Source: a virus
DNA length: 64,000 bases
IMG/VR virus record: IMGVR_UViG_3300014720_002669
Strand: one strand, 5' to 3'
The translations under genes were made by a program, and so were the position numbers. A model generated the notes under the pieces. The model was not told where the DNA came from and ran no database searches. It saw only the letters and a program-made list of their open reading frames with translations. Shown here piece after piece: positions 48,241 through 58,073 of this stretch. Within the stretch, counting starts at the first letter, position 1, and every line of letters begins with the position of its first letter.

Positions 48241-48834
48241 ATGCCAAATCTAGTGCCCATAGTTTTAGAACAAACTGCCAAAGGCGAACGCAGTTACGAC
48301 ATCTACAGCCGACTGCTCAAAGATCGTGTGATCATGCTGGATACCGAAGTAAGCGAACATTCGGCCAGTTTGATTGTGGCACAGATGCTGTTTTTGGAAA
48401 GTGAAAATCCTGACAAAGACATCAGCCTATACATCAACTCACCCGGCGGATCAGTCACAGCCGGCATGGCCATCTACGACACCATGCAGTTCATAAAGCC
48501 GGGTGTGCATACCATTGTCATGGGGCAGGCCTGCTCCATGGGATCATTGCTGGCACAAGCAGGTGCTCCGGGCCGGCGTTTCATATTGCCCAATGCCAGA
48601 CACATGATACACCAACCATCGGGTGGCGCAAGAGGACAGGCCACTGACATGCTGATTCAAGTGGAAGAGATTTTGGCCATGAAGCGTAATTTGACAGGTA
48701 TATACGTTAAGCACAATTCAGCAGGCCGGACATTTGAACAACTCACAGCCGACATGGAACGTGACAACTTCATGAGCGCACAGGAAGCAGTTGACTATGG
48801 TCTTGCTGACAAAATTGTAGAAAACCGTACATGA
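48241..48834 (+). CDS. clpP: ATP-dependent Clp protease proteolytic subunit
   Basis: [34 protein letters not shown]. Confidence 0.97.
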   Translation: MPNLVPIVLEQTAKGERSYDIYSRLLKDRVIMLDTEVSEHSASLIVAQMLFLESENPDKDISLYINSPGGSVTAGMAIYDTMQFIKPGVHTIVMGQACSMGSLLAQAGAPGRRFILPNARHMIHQPSGGARGQATDMLIQVEEILAMKRNLTGIYVKHNSAGRTFEQLTADMERDNFMSAQEAVDYGLADKIVENRT

Positions 48835-50099
48835 CATTAAAAGACTCATTTTGCCCCAGCCCTTGGTTTCACATGCGAATCAACAACAGTGGGCACTATG
48901 AGTATTGTCGTTGGGCCGATAAAGCCCACAGAACCACTGGCTCTAACATAAGTGATACAACTCCTGCTGAATTTTTTAATCAGAATCTGATTCCTATTCG
49001 CCAACAGTTATTAAATGGCGAACGCCCAACTGGATGTGCTGAATGCTATCAAATGGAAGCACACGACAAGATAAGCGGTCGACAAAAACAACTGCTGAAA
49101 ATAGGTGTGCAGTTATGGGAGTTTGACAAGATGTTGGCCAGTTCTCCCTGGATGCCTGTGTTTGTCAATCACATGCCGCAGATGCCACAAGACTGGCAAA
49201 TTGATCTAGGCAACTATTGCAATTCGGCCTGTGTGTTTTGCCATCCAAGTTTTAGTTCACGACTGGCCACAGAATGGAAACAACTTGGTTTCATTGACAA
49301 AACACCACCGGCAAATTGGTGTAATGACCCTGTATATCTACAAATTTTTATTGATACACTGGTCAAAAGTCCGCATATACAGTATCTACATTTCATTGGC
49401 GGAGAAACTTTGATCACTCCGGCATTTAAAAAAATACTTAAAGCATTGATTGATGCAGGCTTGAACAAAACTGCTACCATTGGATTTACCACAAATCTTA
49501 TTAGTTGGGACAATGACACAATATCACTGTTGACACAATTTGTTGGAGTAAATCTTGGTGTTAGTATAGAAGCATTTGATTCTATTAACGAATACGTAAG
49601 ATGGCCAGCAAAACAACAGCAAGTTATTAGCATACTATCACAGTGGGTTGCGCTTAGTCAACAACACAATTGGTTGATGCAAATTAGAACCACTCCTACT
49701 ATACTTACAATTCACAAATTACTCACAGTTTATGACTATGCCTGGGAACATGGTATTGTGGTGGAAAGTTGCAATTTTTTAACCGAACCGTCTTATCTGC
49801 GACTAGCAGTGTTGCCACAAAAATATCGTCAACCTATAATAGATCAGATGCAGGCTTGGATTGATCAACGGCCTAACAATACAAAAACTGTGGTAAACAT
49901 TAGACACCCAGATTTTGTATACGCACAAATTGCACAAGATTTGCAAAGTTATGTGAATTATTTAAAAACTGAAACAGATCAAAGCGATCAGTTGCCGGTG
50001 TTGATACAGTTTTTAAAACGCCTTGAACTCAATAGAAAAAACAATATCTTAGACCATGTACCACAATATGAAGAACTTTTTAGATCTGCTGGCTACTGA
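48831..50099 (+). CDS. radical SAM protein with N-terminal twitch/SPASM-like Cys motif
   Basis: FCPSPW..YC..CAEC; [11 protein letters not shown]; GGET. Confidence 0.87.
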   Translation: MTLKDSFCPSPWFHMRINNSGHYEYCRWADKAHRTTGSNISDTTPAEFFNQNLIPIRQQLLNGERPTGCAECYQMEAHDKISGRQKQLLKIGVQLWEFDKMLASSPWMPVFVNHMPQMPQDWQIDLGNYCNSACVFCHPSFSSRLATEWKQLGFIDKTPPANWCNDPVYLQIFIDTLVKSPHIQYLHFIGGETLITPAFKKILKALIDAGLNKTATIGFTTNLISWDNDTISLLTQFVGVNLGVSIEAFDSINEYVRWPAKQQQVISILSQWVALSQQHNWLMQIRTTPTILTIHKLLTVYDYAWEHGIVVESCNFLTEPSYLRLAVLPQKYRQPIIDQMQAWIDQRPNNTKTVVNIRHPDFVYAQIAQDLQSYVNYLKTETDQSDQLPVLIQFLKRLELNRKNNILDHVPQYEELFRSAGY

Positions 50100-50340
50100 T
50101 TTAAAATTGCATGTGGTTGTAAACGGCAACCAGTATGAGAGTGACTTGCACACTCCGTTGACATTCAATGCCGACGATTTGGTGTCAGTCGATGGTATTG
50201 AAGTGTTGCCTAGATATCGATGTCTAACTGGCGGCAGTACACTGCAAATTTCTGAACCATTTTATCAATGGTACCATAAAGCATCTGACCAAGGATGGTT
50301 GTTGAAGCCGCGGATCAGTAATAAAAGCGTTGAGCGTTGA
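50068..50340 (+). CDS. hypothetical protein
   Basis: Overlaps the 3' end of the radical SAM gene. Confidence 0.6.
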   Translation: MKNFLDLLATDLKLHVVVNGNQYESDLHTPLTFNADDLVSVDGIEVLPRYRCLTGGSTLQISEPFYQWYHKASDQGWLLKPRISNKSVER

Positions 50341-50403
50341 TGTAAGCGCGAGTCTGACGCTCGCGATTGGCAATGAATGCCTGGTAGAGTGCTTTCAAAT
50401 ATT

Positions 50404-50565
50404 TCATACTATACCTCTTTGTTGATCTTGATAGTACTGACGTTCCATCATTTCAACGTCGGCGGTATTTTGGGGATGGCGGGCGGCAATGTATTGTTCC
50501 AGCTTGCTTTGATAATTGTTGCTGGGGAACATTTCCGCCAGGCGTTTTAGTAGTTTTTCCAACAT
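50404..50565 (-). CDS. 53-aa small protein (not in ORF track)
   Basis: GAGGA RBS and upstream TAAATA; MLEKLLKRLAEMF..LEQYIAARHPQNTADVE. Confidence 0.6.
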   Translation of the reverse strand: MLEKLLKRLAEMFPSNNYQSKLEQYIAARHPQNTADVEMMERQYYQDQQRGIV

Positions 50566-50613
50566 GTTTTTCCTCTGTATTTGCCATGATATTTATGTCA
50601 TGGTTTCTACTGA

Positions 50614-50670
50614 GTACTACTTTGGTACTACTTTTGGGTGGTTGACCAATAATTCACACCATGCTACAAT
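50614..50670 (+). promoter_or_regulatory. operator-like element plus sigma70 promoter
   Basis: GTACTAC-N4-GTACTAC; TTGACC-N17-TACAAT. Confidence 0.75.
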
Positions 50671-50694
50671 TAGAACATGCAAAAAGGAGTTATC

Positions 50695-50919
50695 ATGCAG
50701 AATTTGAAAGTCAAAGCCCTGGCCCTGTTGGCTGGTTGGATGGGTGCGGTGTTTGCTGGTATTGCCGTTGTGCAATTGGCGGCAAACTATTTTGGCAGCG
50801 AAACAGTACTCAATATCTTTGTTGGTGCCGTACTGGCATGGTTGATGTATCAGGTGTATAACTTGATTCTAGCCAAACTAGAATGGGACGCCCGAGTTGA
50901 CGAACTAAACAAAAAGTAA
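50695..50919 (+). CDS. small two-TM membrane protein
   Basis: AAGGAG RBS; two hydrophobic helices. Confidence 0.7.
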   Translation: MQNLKVKALALLAGWMGAVFAGIAVVQLAANYFGSETVLNIFVGAVLAWLMYQVYNLILAKLEWDARVDELNKK

Positions 50920-51045
50920 TACAAGAGGACTTGGTATGAATTACAGCATTCGTTGGACACAACCTTTGACCAGTTGGGAACCCTTGGAATTTGAAATAAC
51001 CGACTTTACCGAGGCCCGTGCGGTTTTACAAAGGATCATGGCACT

Positions 51046-51399
51046 ATGAAATGGTTTGCTGAAACCACGGACTACCGGGACTCGGTGCCCAATGGTGTGT
51101 ACCTCTTGGATGATTCCAAGAGCAAGATGTACGCATTCCGTCCAGGCCATAAAGGCAGTGAGGTCAAAGTGTTTGCCAATCCCATTCGCATTGACATTCG
51201 CGGTCGTAAATTCAAGTTGAACTCTGTGCAGTTCAAGACCGCACTGAAAGAAGAAGAACCCGAAGGTCGTACAATCGAAGTAACCGGCAGTCGAGGTGAC
51301 ATCTACCGGGTCACAGAGTTGAATGGTAACTGGAGTTGTACCTGCAGTGGCTTTAAATTTAGATCTAAATGCCGTCATATTGAGCAGTTATCAAAATGA
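51046..51399 (+). CDS. SWIM zinc-finger protein
   Basis: WSCTCSGFKFRSKCRHI. Confidence 0.85.
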   Translation: MKWFAETTDYRDSVPNGVYLLDDSKSKMYAFRPGHKGSEVKVFANPIRIDIRGRKFKLNSVQFKTALKEEEPEGRTIEVTGSRGDIYRVTELNGNWSCTCSGFKFRSKCRHIEQLSK

Positions 51400-51977
51400 T
51401 ATCTATTCATGTTGCCTGGATTTGTACTTTGTTTATTACAATGAGGACATGTAATGACAGGTCTTTCTTTATTTTGTAATCTTCTAAGTTCGGCCTGTGC
51501 AAGTTTGCGTTCAGGAGTCCATGCTTTACGCATTTTGTTTTTTGAATCTTCATTACGTTTTGATCCTAACATGAATGCTCGAACCTTTTCACCAAAACCA
51601 TTTGGTTTTTTGCGACCTTTGTTTTTTAAAGATGATAGCAGAGCATTTCTTGTTTTCCCTTCGGGAGTACGAACATCTCCACAACCACGAGGACGTCCTT
51701 TACCTCCGCCATCGCCCTCTTCGATGCGTAAGTTTGCCCAGCCATCATTAGATACAACATTCCAAAGTTGGCTGTAAAAAATGCCTGTTTCTTTTATCTT
51801 ATCTTTGTCAGTCGTTTCAAATAATATTTCCGTATGAACTTGATTACCGTGTTTCTTCAAATGAAGTCTCCAATATTTTCCCGATCCTCGATAAATCAAT
51901 GGGTCTTGTTTTGTATAACCAAGATATTTCAATCCTGTGAGTTGATGCGTTTTAACGTAGAGTTTGTAAGTGTCCAT
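51375..51977 (-). mobile_element. free-standing GIY-YIG homing endonuclease (Seg-like)
   Basis: KLYVKTH..LKYLGYT..YRGSG..WANL; NUMOD-like basic repeats; CPHC..YHFDNC; AT-rich; own TAAATA. Confidence 0.88.
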
Positions 51978-51998
51978 GCATTTATTTATGCAGACCTT

Positions 51999-52046
51999 GG
52001 ATTCAAGTTTCGTGGCGACTGCCGACATATTAAGAGCGTAAAATGA
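51999..52046 (+). pseudogene. displaced original 3' end of the SWIM gene
   Basis: Encodes GFKFRGDCRHIKSVK*, paralleling GFKFRSKCRHIEQLSK* at 51349-51399. Confidence 0.8.
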
Positions 52047-52384
52047 TTGATTGGCAAACCAAAGATCTGCGAAACATGGGCATGGAATTGAGCCTGGGCA
52101 CACAAGAAAGCATTGAAAACTATCTTGTGCTTGGATGGGCTCCAGGCGGATATTTGGAAGACATGTTTGCACACGATTACGAACGTGCGTTTGCCTGTGC
52201 AGACACTGCCAATCGACAAACCATCTGGTTACTATGGCATTGGATAAGAGAATCGGCACCACCACTGTGCCAGGGCAGTTACAAAGCCATTAAGATGTGG
52301 CGTGATGATCTTGGTGGCTGCAGAACGGATTACGTAAAAGGTTTGGAACAGAAAGCAATTTGGCAAAAGTTGAGCACTGGGTAA
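52043..52384 (+). CDS. hypothetical phage protein
   Basis: PGGYL..AD..N..P..CQGS pattern. Confidence 0.75.
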   Translation: MIDWQTKDLRNMGMELSLGTQESIENYLVLGWAPGGYLEDMFAHDYERAFACADTANRQTIWLLWHWIRESAPPLCQGSYKAIKMWRDDLGGCRTDYVKGLEQKAIWQKLSTG

Positions 52385-52387
52385 CAA

Positions 52388-52416
52388 GAAAGTCCCTTTC
52401 GGGACTTTCATTTTTT
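52388..52416. terminator. terminator between convergent genes
   Basis: GAAAGTCCC-TTTC-GGGACTTTC followed by a T-run. Confidence 0.8.
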
Positions 52417-52642
52417 ACGCGGCGTCTACAAACTTTTTAAGTTCTTCGGCCTTGGCCACTATATCCGTACTTGACGGAAAATCAGGCAAGGTTGGGAACG
52501 GATGACTTTCCCGGTTGGCATCAGTTAACTTGGAATGGTATTCCTGTAATTTGGCTTCACGGGTTTGGTAAATTGGCGTTTGAAGAATTTCTTTGGCCAG
52601 GTTCAGAAGTTCGAGACGGATCTCGTAAGGTGTTTTGCTCAT
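52415..52642 (-). CDS. conserved hypothetical phage protein
   Basis: TPYEIRLELL..AKE; AAGGAG RBS. Confidence 0.8.
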   Translation of the reverse strand: MSKTPYEIRLELLNLAKEILQTPIYQTREAKLQEYHSKLTDANRESHPFPTLPDFPSSTDIVAKAEELKKFVDAA

Positions 52643-52810
52643 ATTTTTCTCCTTTGTGTGTATGTGTGTCTAAACGAGCTGTGACTTTCATCACGCAAAT
52701 ATTTAGTTTGGCAAAACTGATACTCAAAATTTCTTGCATTGTAATACAGACCCATGTATACTTGTGGAATGCTGTTGTTTATGACAGCTATTTTTAAAAG
52801 GAACTTTTTT

Positions 52811-53077
52811 ATGACTATCAATCCAGGAACTAAAACCTACAAACTGTTTTCCGCTCTCAGCAACGGCGAACGTGTCAGTGCCAGCCAAGCCCACAAGCGT
52901 TTTGGCATCAAGAACATTTCGGCTGAAGTCAGCCGTGTTCGTCAAGCAGGTTTTGCTGTGTATGCCAACACACGCCGGGCTGGCAATGGTGTTCAAGTGA
53001 CCGAGTATCGCATTGGTGCTCCAAGCCGCAAATTGGTTGCCGCTGGTTATCGAGCCATGGCACTTGGTTTGGTCTAA
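52811..53077 (+). CDS. small winged-HTH-like protein
   Basis: RFGIKNISAEVSRVRQAG..YRIGAPSR. Confidence 0.7.
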   Translation: MTINPGTKTYKLFSALSNGERVSASQAHKRFGIKNISAEVSRVRQAGFAVYANTRRAGNGVQVTEYRIGAPSRKLVAAGYRAMALGLV

Positions 53078-53119
53078 ACCAACTCGCTGTCCAATTCACA
53101 CTGGACACACATGACAAAA

Positions 53120-53173
53120 GCCCTGCAACTTGCAGGGTTTTTTCTTGACCATTAATTCCGTTTCGTGTATAAT
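53120..53173 (+). promoter_or_regulatory. cassette: CCCTGC/GCAGGG hairpin plus promoter (leaderless)
   Basis: GCCCTGCAA-C-TTGCAGGGT-TTTTT; TTGACC-N17-TATAAT-N6-ATG. Confidence 0.8.
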
Positions 53174-53179
53174 AAACGC

Positions 53180-53638
53180 ATGATTAAAGAACTCTTTCAA
53201 CGTTGGCATCGGCACCGTGTGATCATGGACAGACTAAACGGCGAACCGTACCTGGAACGCTACTATGTGTTCTTGAAAGACCGGAACCGATTCCCATTCA
53301 ACATCTTTGTGCATAAGTTTTTGAAGTCTGATCCAGATGATGTGCATGATCATCCCTGGCCCTACTTTACCATTATATTGAAGGGTGGCTACTATGAGTG
53401 GACGCCGCAGTTCAACGCACAAGGTCAAAAGATCAACGAAGTTGCTCGTTGGTGCAGTGCCGGATCGTTTCGCTGGGCTGGTGCCCGCACCTATCACAGA
53501 ATTGAACTGGATCCTGAAGTGGAATGTTGGACCCTGTTCGTGCCCGGCATCAAACAACGTGACTGGGGATTCCTGGTCCGAGATCAATGGGTGCAGTGGC
53601 AAGAATACTTGAACATGCGTAAAAGTCAACAAACTTGA
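53180..53638 (+). CDS. cupin-like protein
   Basis: HDHPW..ILKGGYYE..YHRI. Confidence 0.8.
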   Translation: MIKELFQRWHRHRVIMDRLNGEPYLERYYVFLKDRNRFPFNIFVHKFLKSDPDDVHDHPWPYFTIILKGGYYEWTPQFNAQGQKINEVARWCSAGSFRWAGARTYHRIELDPEVECWTLFVPGIKQRDWGFLVRDQWVQWQEYLNMRKSQQT

Positions 53639-53648
53639 AAGTAAATAA

Positions 53649-54056
53649 ATGGAAAACATAGGACAGTTCATGATGGAATTTGGCGACTTCTTGATTTACT
53701 TTGGCATTGGTTGGTTGATCTTCAGCATTGTGTTGAGTGTGTCGGAATTCCTATTGCGTCGACACATTGAACAGTCAATGGAATCAGAGCTCACAGGAGT
53801 GGGCCAGGCCTTGGATGAGGAGCGGTTGATTGCACTTACTGTGGAAGTTGACCAAGATCAGTATTTTTGTTATAATAGCATCACAAAAGATTTTGTGTGT
53901 CAGGGTTCGGACTTGAAAGAAATACGTGACCGGTTTCGTGCTAGGTATCCCGACAAGGATGCGGCCATTTATGATGGTGACAAGACAGCAGTGGCCGTGT
54001 TGAAATCACAAATCAAAGAATTAAAGAAACAAAATGAAAATAGCATTGGTATCTGA
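53649..54056 (+). CDS. membrane-anchored hypothetical protein
   Basis: N-terminal TM; FVCQG motif. Confidence 0.7.
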   Translation: MENIGQFMMEFGDFLIYFGIGWLIFSIVLSVSEFLLRRHIEQSMESELTGVGQALDEERLIALTVEVDQDQYFCYNSITKDFVCQGSDLKEIRDRFRARYPDKDAAIYDGDKTAVAVLKSQIKELKKQNENSIGI

Positions 54057-54867
54057 CGTACACCTAGAATTTGGTGACCTAGACTTTGAAAACGACAGCG
54101 GCGCTGACGTGCTGATCCTGGGTGGTGACATTTGCATTGCCAACGATATGGCACAACGTGATCCTTACAACACCATGGGCGAACAATATCGTAGCAACCG
54201 ATTCCATGACTTCTTTCAACGGTGCTGTGCCCGTTTCCCACATGTGATTTTCATTGTGGGCAATCACGAACACTATCATGGTGACTTTGCCAAGACTGTG
54301 CCGCACTTTCGAGATGTCTTGGGCTACTTGCCCAACCTGCACATCCTGGACAAAGAAACCTGGGTGCTGGATGACATCACGTTCATTGGTGGCACGTTGT
54401 GGACTAACATGAACCGGCGAGATAACCGTACCTTGCATGACATCTCACGCATGATGAACGATTTCCGTTGTGTGGACAACAGTGCCAAAACTGAAGATCA
54501 TCGCGGCTGGCCAGGGCGTTTTACCACTACAGATGCGGCTGACGATCATGATGCCATGGTGGCATTCATTGACCAAACCATTGCAGCCAATCCTGCTGGA
54601 CGCTATGTTGTGGTGGGGCACCACTCACCAAGTCGCCGGAGCACTCATCCCAGGTACAAGGATCAGTTTGTCATGAATGGTGGCTACAGCAGTGAACTGG
54701 ATGACTTTATCCTTGATCATCCACAGATCCGGTTGTGGACACATGGTCACACACATGAAGATTTTGATTACCAGATTGGGTCATGCCGAATCTTGTGCAA
54801 CCCACGTGGCTATATCAACTATGAAGAAAGGGCAGACTCATGGCGCCTGAAAACAGTGGAAGTATAA
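54034..54867 (+). CDS. calcineurin-like metallophosphoesterase
   Basis: SDVHLE, GGD, GNHEHY, HHSP, HGHTH, NPRGY. Confidence 0.9.
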   Translation: MKIALVSDVHLEFGDLDFENDSGADVLILGGDICIANDMAQRDPYNTMGEQYRSNRFHDFFQRCCARFPHVIFIVGNHEHYHGDFAKTVPHFRDVLGYLPNLHILDKETWVLDDITFIGGTLWTNMNRRDNRTLHDISRMMNDFRCVDNSAKTEDHRGWPGRFTTTDAADDHDAMVAFIDQTIAANPAGRYVVVGHHSPSRRSTHPRYKDQFVMNGGYSSELDDFILDHPQIRLWTHGHTHEDFDYQIGSCRILCNPRGYINYEERADSWRLKTVEV

Positions 54868-55029
54868 AAAACTGGTTGCGTTATTCGGGATTCAGTGTTA
54901 TAATAGTAGGAAATCCTTGTCATTGGAGTCCCTTGCCCTGGGCTCGACAGGAACCCAATGATGGATGGCCCAGTCCCAACGAACGCACATACAGTGTGGG
55001 TTGGATTTTTTTAACAGTTAGAATATGGA

Positions 55030-55242
55030 TTGATGATGGAACCTGGTAATTCTAAAACCCGTTTTGATCTTGAACAAGAGATCATGTCAGCATGGCAAGT
55101 GCTGGAGGATATCAAGATGCTGAAAACTCGCCAAGGCGTCACCGCCGAAGATTGGGATGCTGTGATTCGATTGTATCAACACAGATTTGAAACCCTGTTT
55201 GAAACTTTTGAACACTGCATTCGAACCGGCAACGTACTGTGA
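55030..55242 (+). CDS. hypothetical protein
   Basis: RFDLEQEIM..W..FE motif. Confidence 0.65.
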   Translation: MMMEPGNSKTRFDLEQEIMSAWQVLEDIKMLKTRQGVTAEDWDAVIRLYQHRFETLFETFEHCIRTGNVL

Positions 55243-55436
55243 GTCTACAAATTACCCTGTCACGTGATCAAGTATCAAAAGTGGCCACATGGCTGGCTTT
55301 GAACGATCACGTCACACAGGTCCGAATTGTTGAAAAAAGCACCACAGGCATTGGCTGGGATCACATAGTGTATTTCATGGACAAAAACAATCGAACATGG
55401 AATGAAATGGACATAACTGATGTGTCAACTTGGTAA
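55239..55436 (+). CDS. hypothetical protein
   Basis: TGIG..DITDVSTW. Confidence 0.65.
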   Translation: MSLQITLSRDQVSKVATWLALNDHVTQVRIVEKSTTGIGWDHIVYFMDKNNRTWNEMDITDVSTW

Positions 55437-55531
55437 GGAGCAATCATGATTGAAGTAATTGTGATTACAGTGATATTGGTGGCAGTGATGTGGTTTATAA
55501 TAAAAACCATAGAAAACATGAGAGACGATGA

Positions 55532-56218
55532 ATGAAAATTTATAAATCTAATTATCGCAACCATTGGGTGTCACCCTACACCATCTTGGAACGGGTGTGT
55601 TTTTGGGAACGGGATCGAGACCGCATTTACAATCTTGACGATGATCCAAAAAATCCCTACGAACGTTGGGTTCGCTGGCTCACTCCGGTGTGTGGTGCTT
55701 GGAACTGGTTCTTGGATCGAGTGCATCCACAGATCAACTATGTTCGAATCGATCGCTATGATACCTGGAGCATGGATTCGACCTTGGCAGACATTGTGTT
55801 GCCCATGTTGCGACAACTGCAAGCCACCAAGCATGGTGCACCATTTGTGGACGATGAAGATGTGCCTGATGACCTTAAAAGCACTGCCGCACCACCAAAA
55901 GAAAATGAATGGGATACTGATGAAAATCATCACAAACGCTGGGACTGGGTCCTGGACGAAATGATCTTTGCTTTTGAGTGCAAAGTGCAAGACAACTGGA
56001 CCGAACAGTATTACTCAGGTGAGGCAGACTATCAGTTCAAAAAGTTGGACAAAACTCACTTCAATCCCATTACACAAAAACACGAAGGTCTCAGTGAAAT
56101 GGTGGAAGGGCCCAACCACACACAGACTGTGGACTGGGATGGTATGAAAGCCCAACAAGCCCGCATCACCAATGGTTTCCGTTTGTTTGGCCTGTACTAT
56201 GAGGCACTGTGGGACTGA
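55532..56218 (+). CDS. conserved hypothetical phage protein
   Basis: DTWSMD..KHGAP..WDWVLDEMIFAF..LWD. Confidence 0.8.
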   Translation: MKIYKSNYRNHWVSPYTILERVCFWERDRDRIYNLDDDPKNPYERWVRWLTPVCGAWNWFLDRVHPQINYVRIDRYDTWSMDSTLADIVLPMLRQLQATKHGAPFVDDEDVPDDLKSTAAPPKENEWDTDENHHKRWDWVLDEMIFAFECKVQDNWTEQYYSGEADYQFKKLDKTHFNPITQKHEGLSEMVEGPNHTQTVDWDGMKAQQARITNGFRLFGLYYEALWD

Positions 56219-56493
56219 TGTTTGGCACAGGATACAATGATCATCGAGCCCAACTGGGCTATTCTGTAAGAACTCAGGCCGAAGTGGATCAAGCATTTTA
56301 TGGTCGTGCTCAATGGCGTGAACAGTTTGCATGGTGGCCACATCGATGTGCGATCTCAGGTCGTTGGTGCTGGATGAACTTTCACTATCAAGGTCAGGCA
56401 GTGTGGACTGGACCCGGTGACGATGCGGTAGAAGTTCGTTGGCATGATTGCCATGAGCATTTGATTTGGACACTAAAGGGTCCACACGGATGA
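56209..56493 (+). CDS. hypothetical protein
   Basis: FAWWPHRC motif; coupled ORF. Confidence 0.65.
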   Translation: MGLMFGTGYNDHRAQLGYSVRTQAEVDQAFYGRAQWREQFAWWPHRCAISGRWCWMNFHYQGQAVWTGPGDDAVEVRWHDCHEHLIWTLKGPHG

Positions 56494-57107
56494 AAATAAT
56501 TCGGGTCGAACCCATTACCCCCATGATCTCCTTGAGCTGGATGTTGGGCACCAGGTGCAACTATGATTGCATGTATTGTCCTAGTACATTACATGACACA
56601 ACCAGTAAACATCCAGATCTGAATAAGTTAATTCAAACATGGGATAATTTTTATCAACGCACCAAGGATCGACAAATACCTTACAAAATATCGTTCACTG
56701 GTGGGGAAGTTACTGCCAATCGTAGTTTTTTACCGTTACTAAAATACATCCGTAATAACAATTTTAATATTGGACAAATCCTAGTGACAACCAACGGCAG
56801 TGCAAGTAAAAATTATTATGCAAAATTAGCAGCATTGGTTGATGCCATCAGCTTTAGTACGCACAGTGAATTTTTCAACGAACAAGAATTTTTTAACAAA
56901 GTAAGTATCATACATCAAATCATGATTCGGCCAGAAAAAAGTGTGCATGTCAACATCATGGACGAATCATGGAATCAAAAAAGAATTCCTGTATATCAAT
57001 CTTGGCTAGATCAACGTGGTATCAGTTACTCTGTAAATGCAATTGATTATTCCCAACAAATTCGCAATGTAGCTGTTCAACAAGGGGTAACAAATCTTGT
57101 GGCCTAA
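56490..57107 (+). CDS. radical SAM core domain protein
   Basis: GTRCNYDCMYC, FTGGEVT, TTNGS. Confidence 0.85.
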   Translation: MKIIRVEPITPMISLSWMLGTRCNYDCMYCPSTLHDTTSKHPDLNKLIQTWDNFYQRTKDRQIPYKISFTGGEVTANRSFLPLLKYIRNNNFNIGQILVTTNGSASKNYYAKLAALVDAISFSTHSEFFNEQEFFNKVSIIHQIMIRPEKSVHVNIMDESWNQKRIPVYQSWLDQRGISYSVNAIDYSQQIRNVAVQQGVTNLVA

Positions 57108-57405
57108 CAAAGATCATGACAATCATAATTGCACAGTGACCGAAATATCGGGTCAACAACGCCGTGTATATGCCAACTGGCTACACAACAACAAATTAGA
57201 CCACTGGCGTGGATGGCGCTGCGACGCAGGAGCCACACGATTTTATATTGACGCTAATTTTGATGTTTGGAGTGGAGAATGCAAAAATGATTTCTTAGGC
57301 AACATATTTACAGAATGGCAAATAAAAAACAACACAATTTGCCATCGTCAGACCTGTACTGGCGGCACGGATGATTTAATGATAAAAAAATACCAACCGG
57401 AATAA
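57097..57405 (+). CDS. SPASM/twitch-like Cys-rich partner of the upstream radical SAM
   Basis: GWRCDAG..GECKNDFLGNI..IC...C...D. Confidence 0.65.
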   Translation: MWPNKDHDNHNCTVTEISGQQRRVYANWLHNNKLDHWRGWRCDAGATRFYIDANFDVWSGECKNDFLGNIFTEWQIKNNTICHRQTCTGGTDDLMIKKYQPE

Positions 57406-57408
57406 TCC

Positions 57409-57663
57409 ATGGGTGATAATGCATTTGAAAACATGACTGCAGACTTACTGGCCATTGATGCCAGAGTAGAACGCCGAAACAGCATCCCACCGGCAGAGTA
57501 TGAAGCCTGGAAACGAGAGTTTACATTTGAAGGCATCCGGGGCACAAGATACGGACAGAGTTTTTGCAATCATTTTGGCATCACAGACTATGTGCTGTTT
57601 TACAAAGTGGATTGGGCCAGTGCTGACCAACACATAAGGATGCAGTATCTTGTACAGCCCTGA
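57409..57663 (+). CDS. hypothetical protein
   Basis: RYGQSFCNHF. Confidence 0.65.
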   Translation: MGDNAFENMTADLLAIDARVERRNSIPPAEYEAWKREFTFEGIRGTRYGQSFCNHFGITDYVLFYKVDWASADQHIRMQYLVQP

Positions 57664-57877
57664 ACACACACATGGCCTGACCCTGCACTGGGCTCGGGAC
57701 GACTACATGGAATTGTGGAACATGCGCATGGCTCGAGTAGTAGAACTGTTTGGCCTGCCGGGTGACAGATACATCACAGAAATCACACAAGATTACATGA
57801 CCTTTTGGTTCCGCGACCCTAACGATGCACTGCTGTTTAGATTATGCCATGGACACAGTGAACTACGTACGGCTTGA
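57650..57877 (+). CDS. hypothetical protein (FxFxD..A..F.L family)
   Basis: FGLPGDRY..FWFRDPNDALLFRL. Confidence 0.65.
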   Translation: MYSPEHTHGLTLHWARDDYMELWNMRMARVVELFGLPGDRYITEITQDYMTFWFRDPNDALLFRLCHGHSELRTA

Positions 57878-58073
57878 TTGCGGTGCCCAACAGGCCTTGG
57901 CCCTCAAGCATCAGTTGGATCTTGATGGGCTCATAGTGAACCAAGACTACACCTGGCGCTACGAAAAGCCAGTGTATGACAACTTTGCCTGGACAGAAAG
58001 TGAAGTCAACCATGTGACATTTACTTTTCGTAATCCTGCACTGGCCACGTTCTATAAACTCAAATGGTCATAA
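57849..58073 (+). CDS. hypothetical protein (same C-terminal family)
   Basis: [17 protein letters not shown]. Confidence 0.65.
   Translation: MDTVNYVRLDCGAQQALALKHQLDLDGLIVNQDYTWRYEKPVYDNFAWTESEVNHVTFTFRNPALATFYKLKWS

Noticed and set aside
51349-51998. Group I intron around the GIY-YIG gene
   Set aside because: The endonuclease is antisense and fills nearly the whole insert, leaving no room for a ribozyme core; the target gene is already completed by the replacement tail.
51978-52265. N-terminal extension of the GIY-YIG ORF in the track
   Set aside because: It overlaps a real plus-strand gene; the GIY-YIG motif starts just after the ATG at 51977, which has its own TAAATA.
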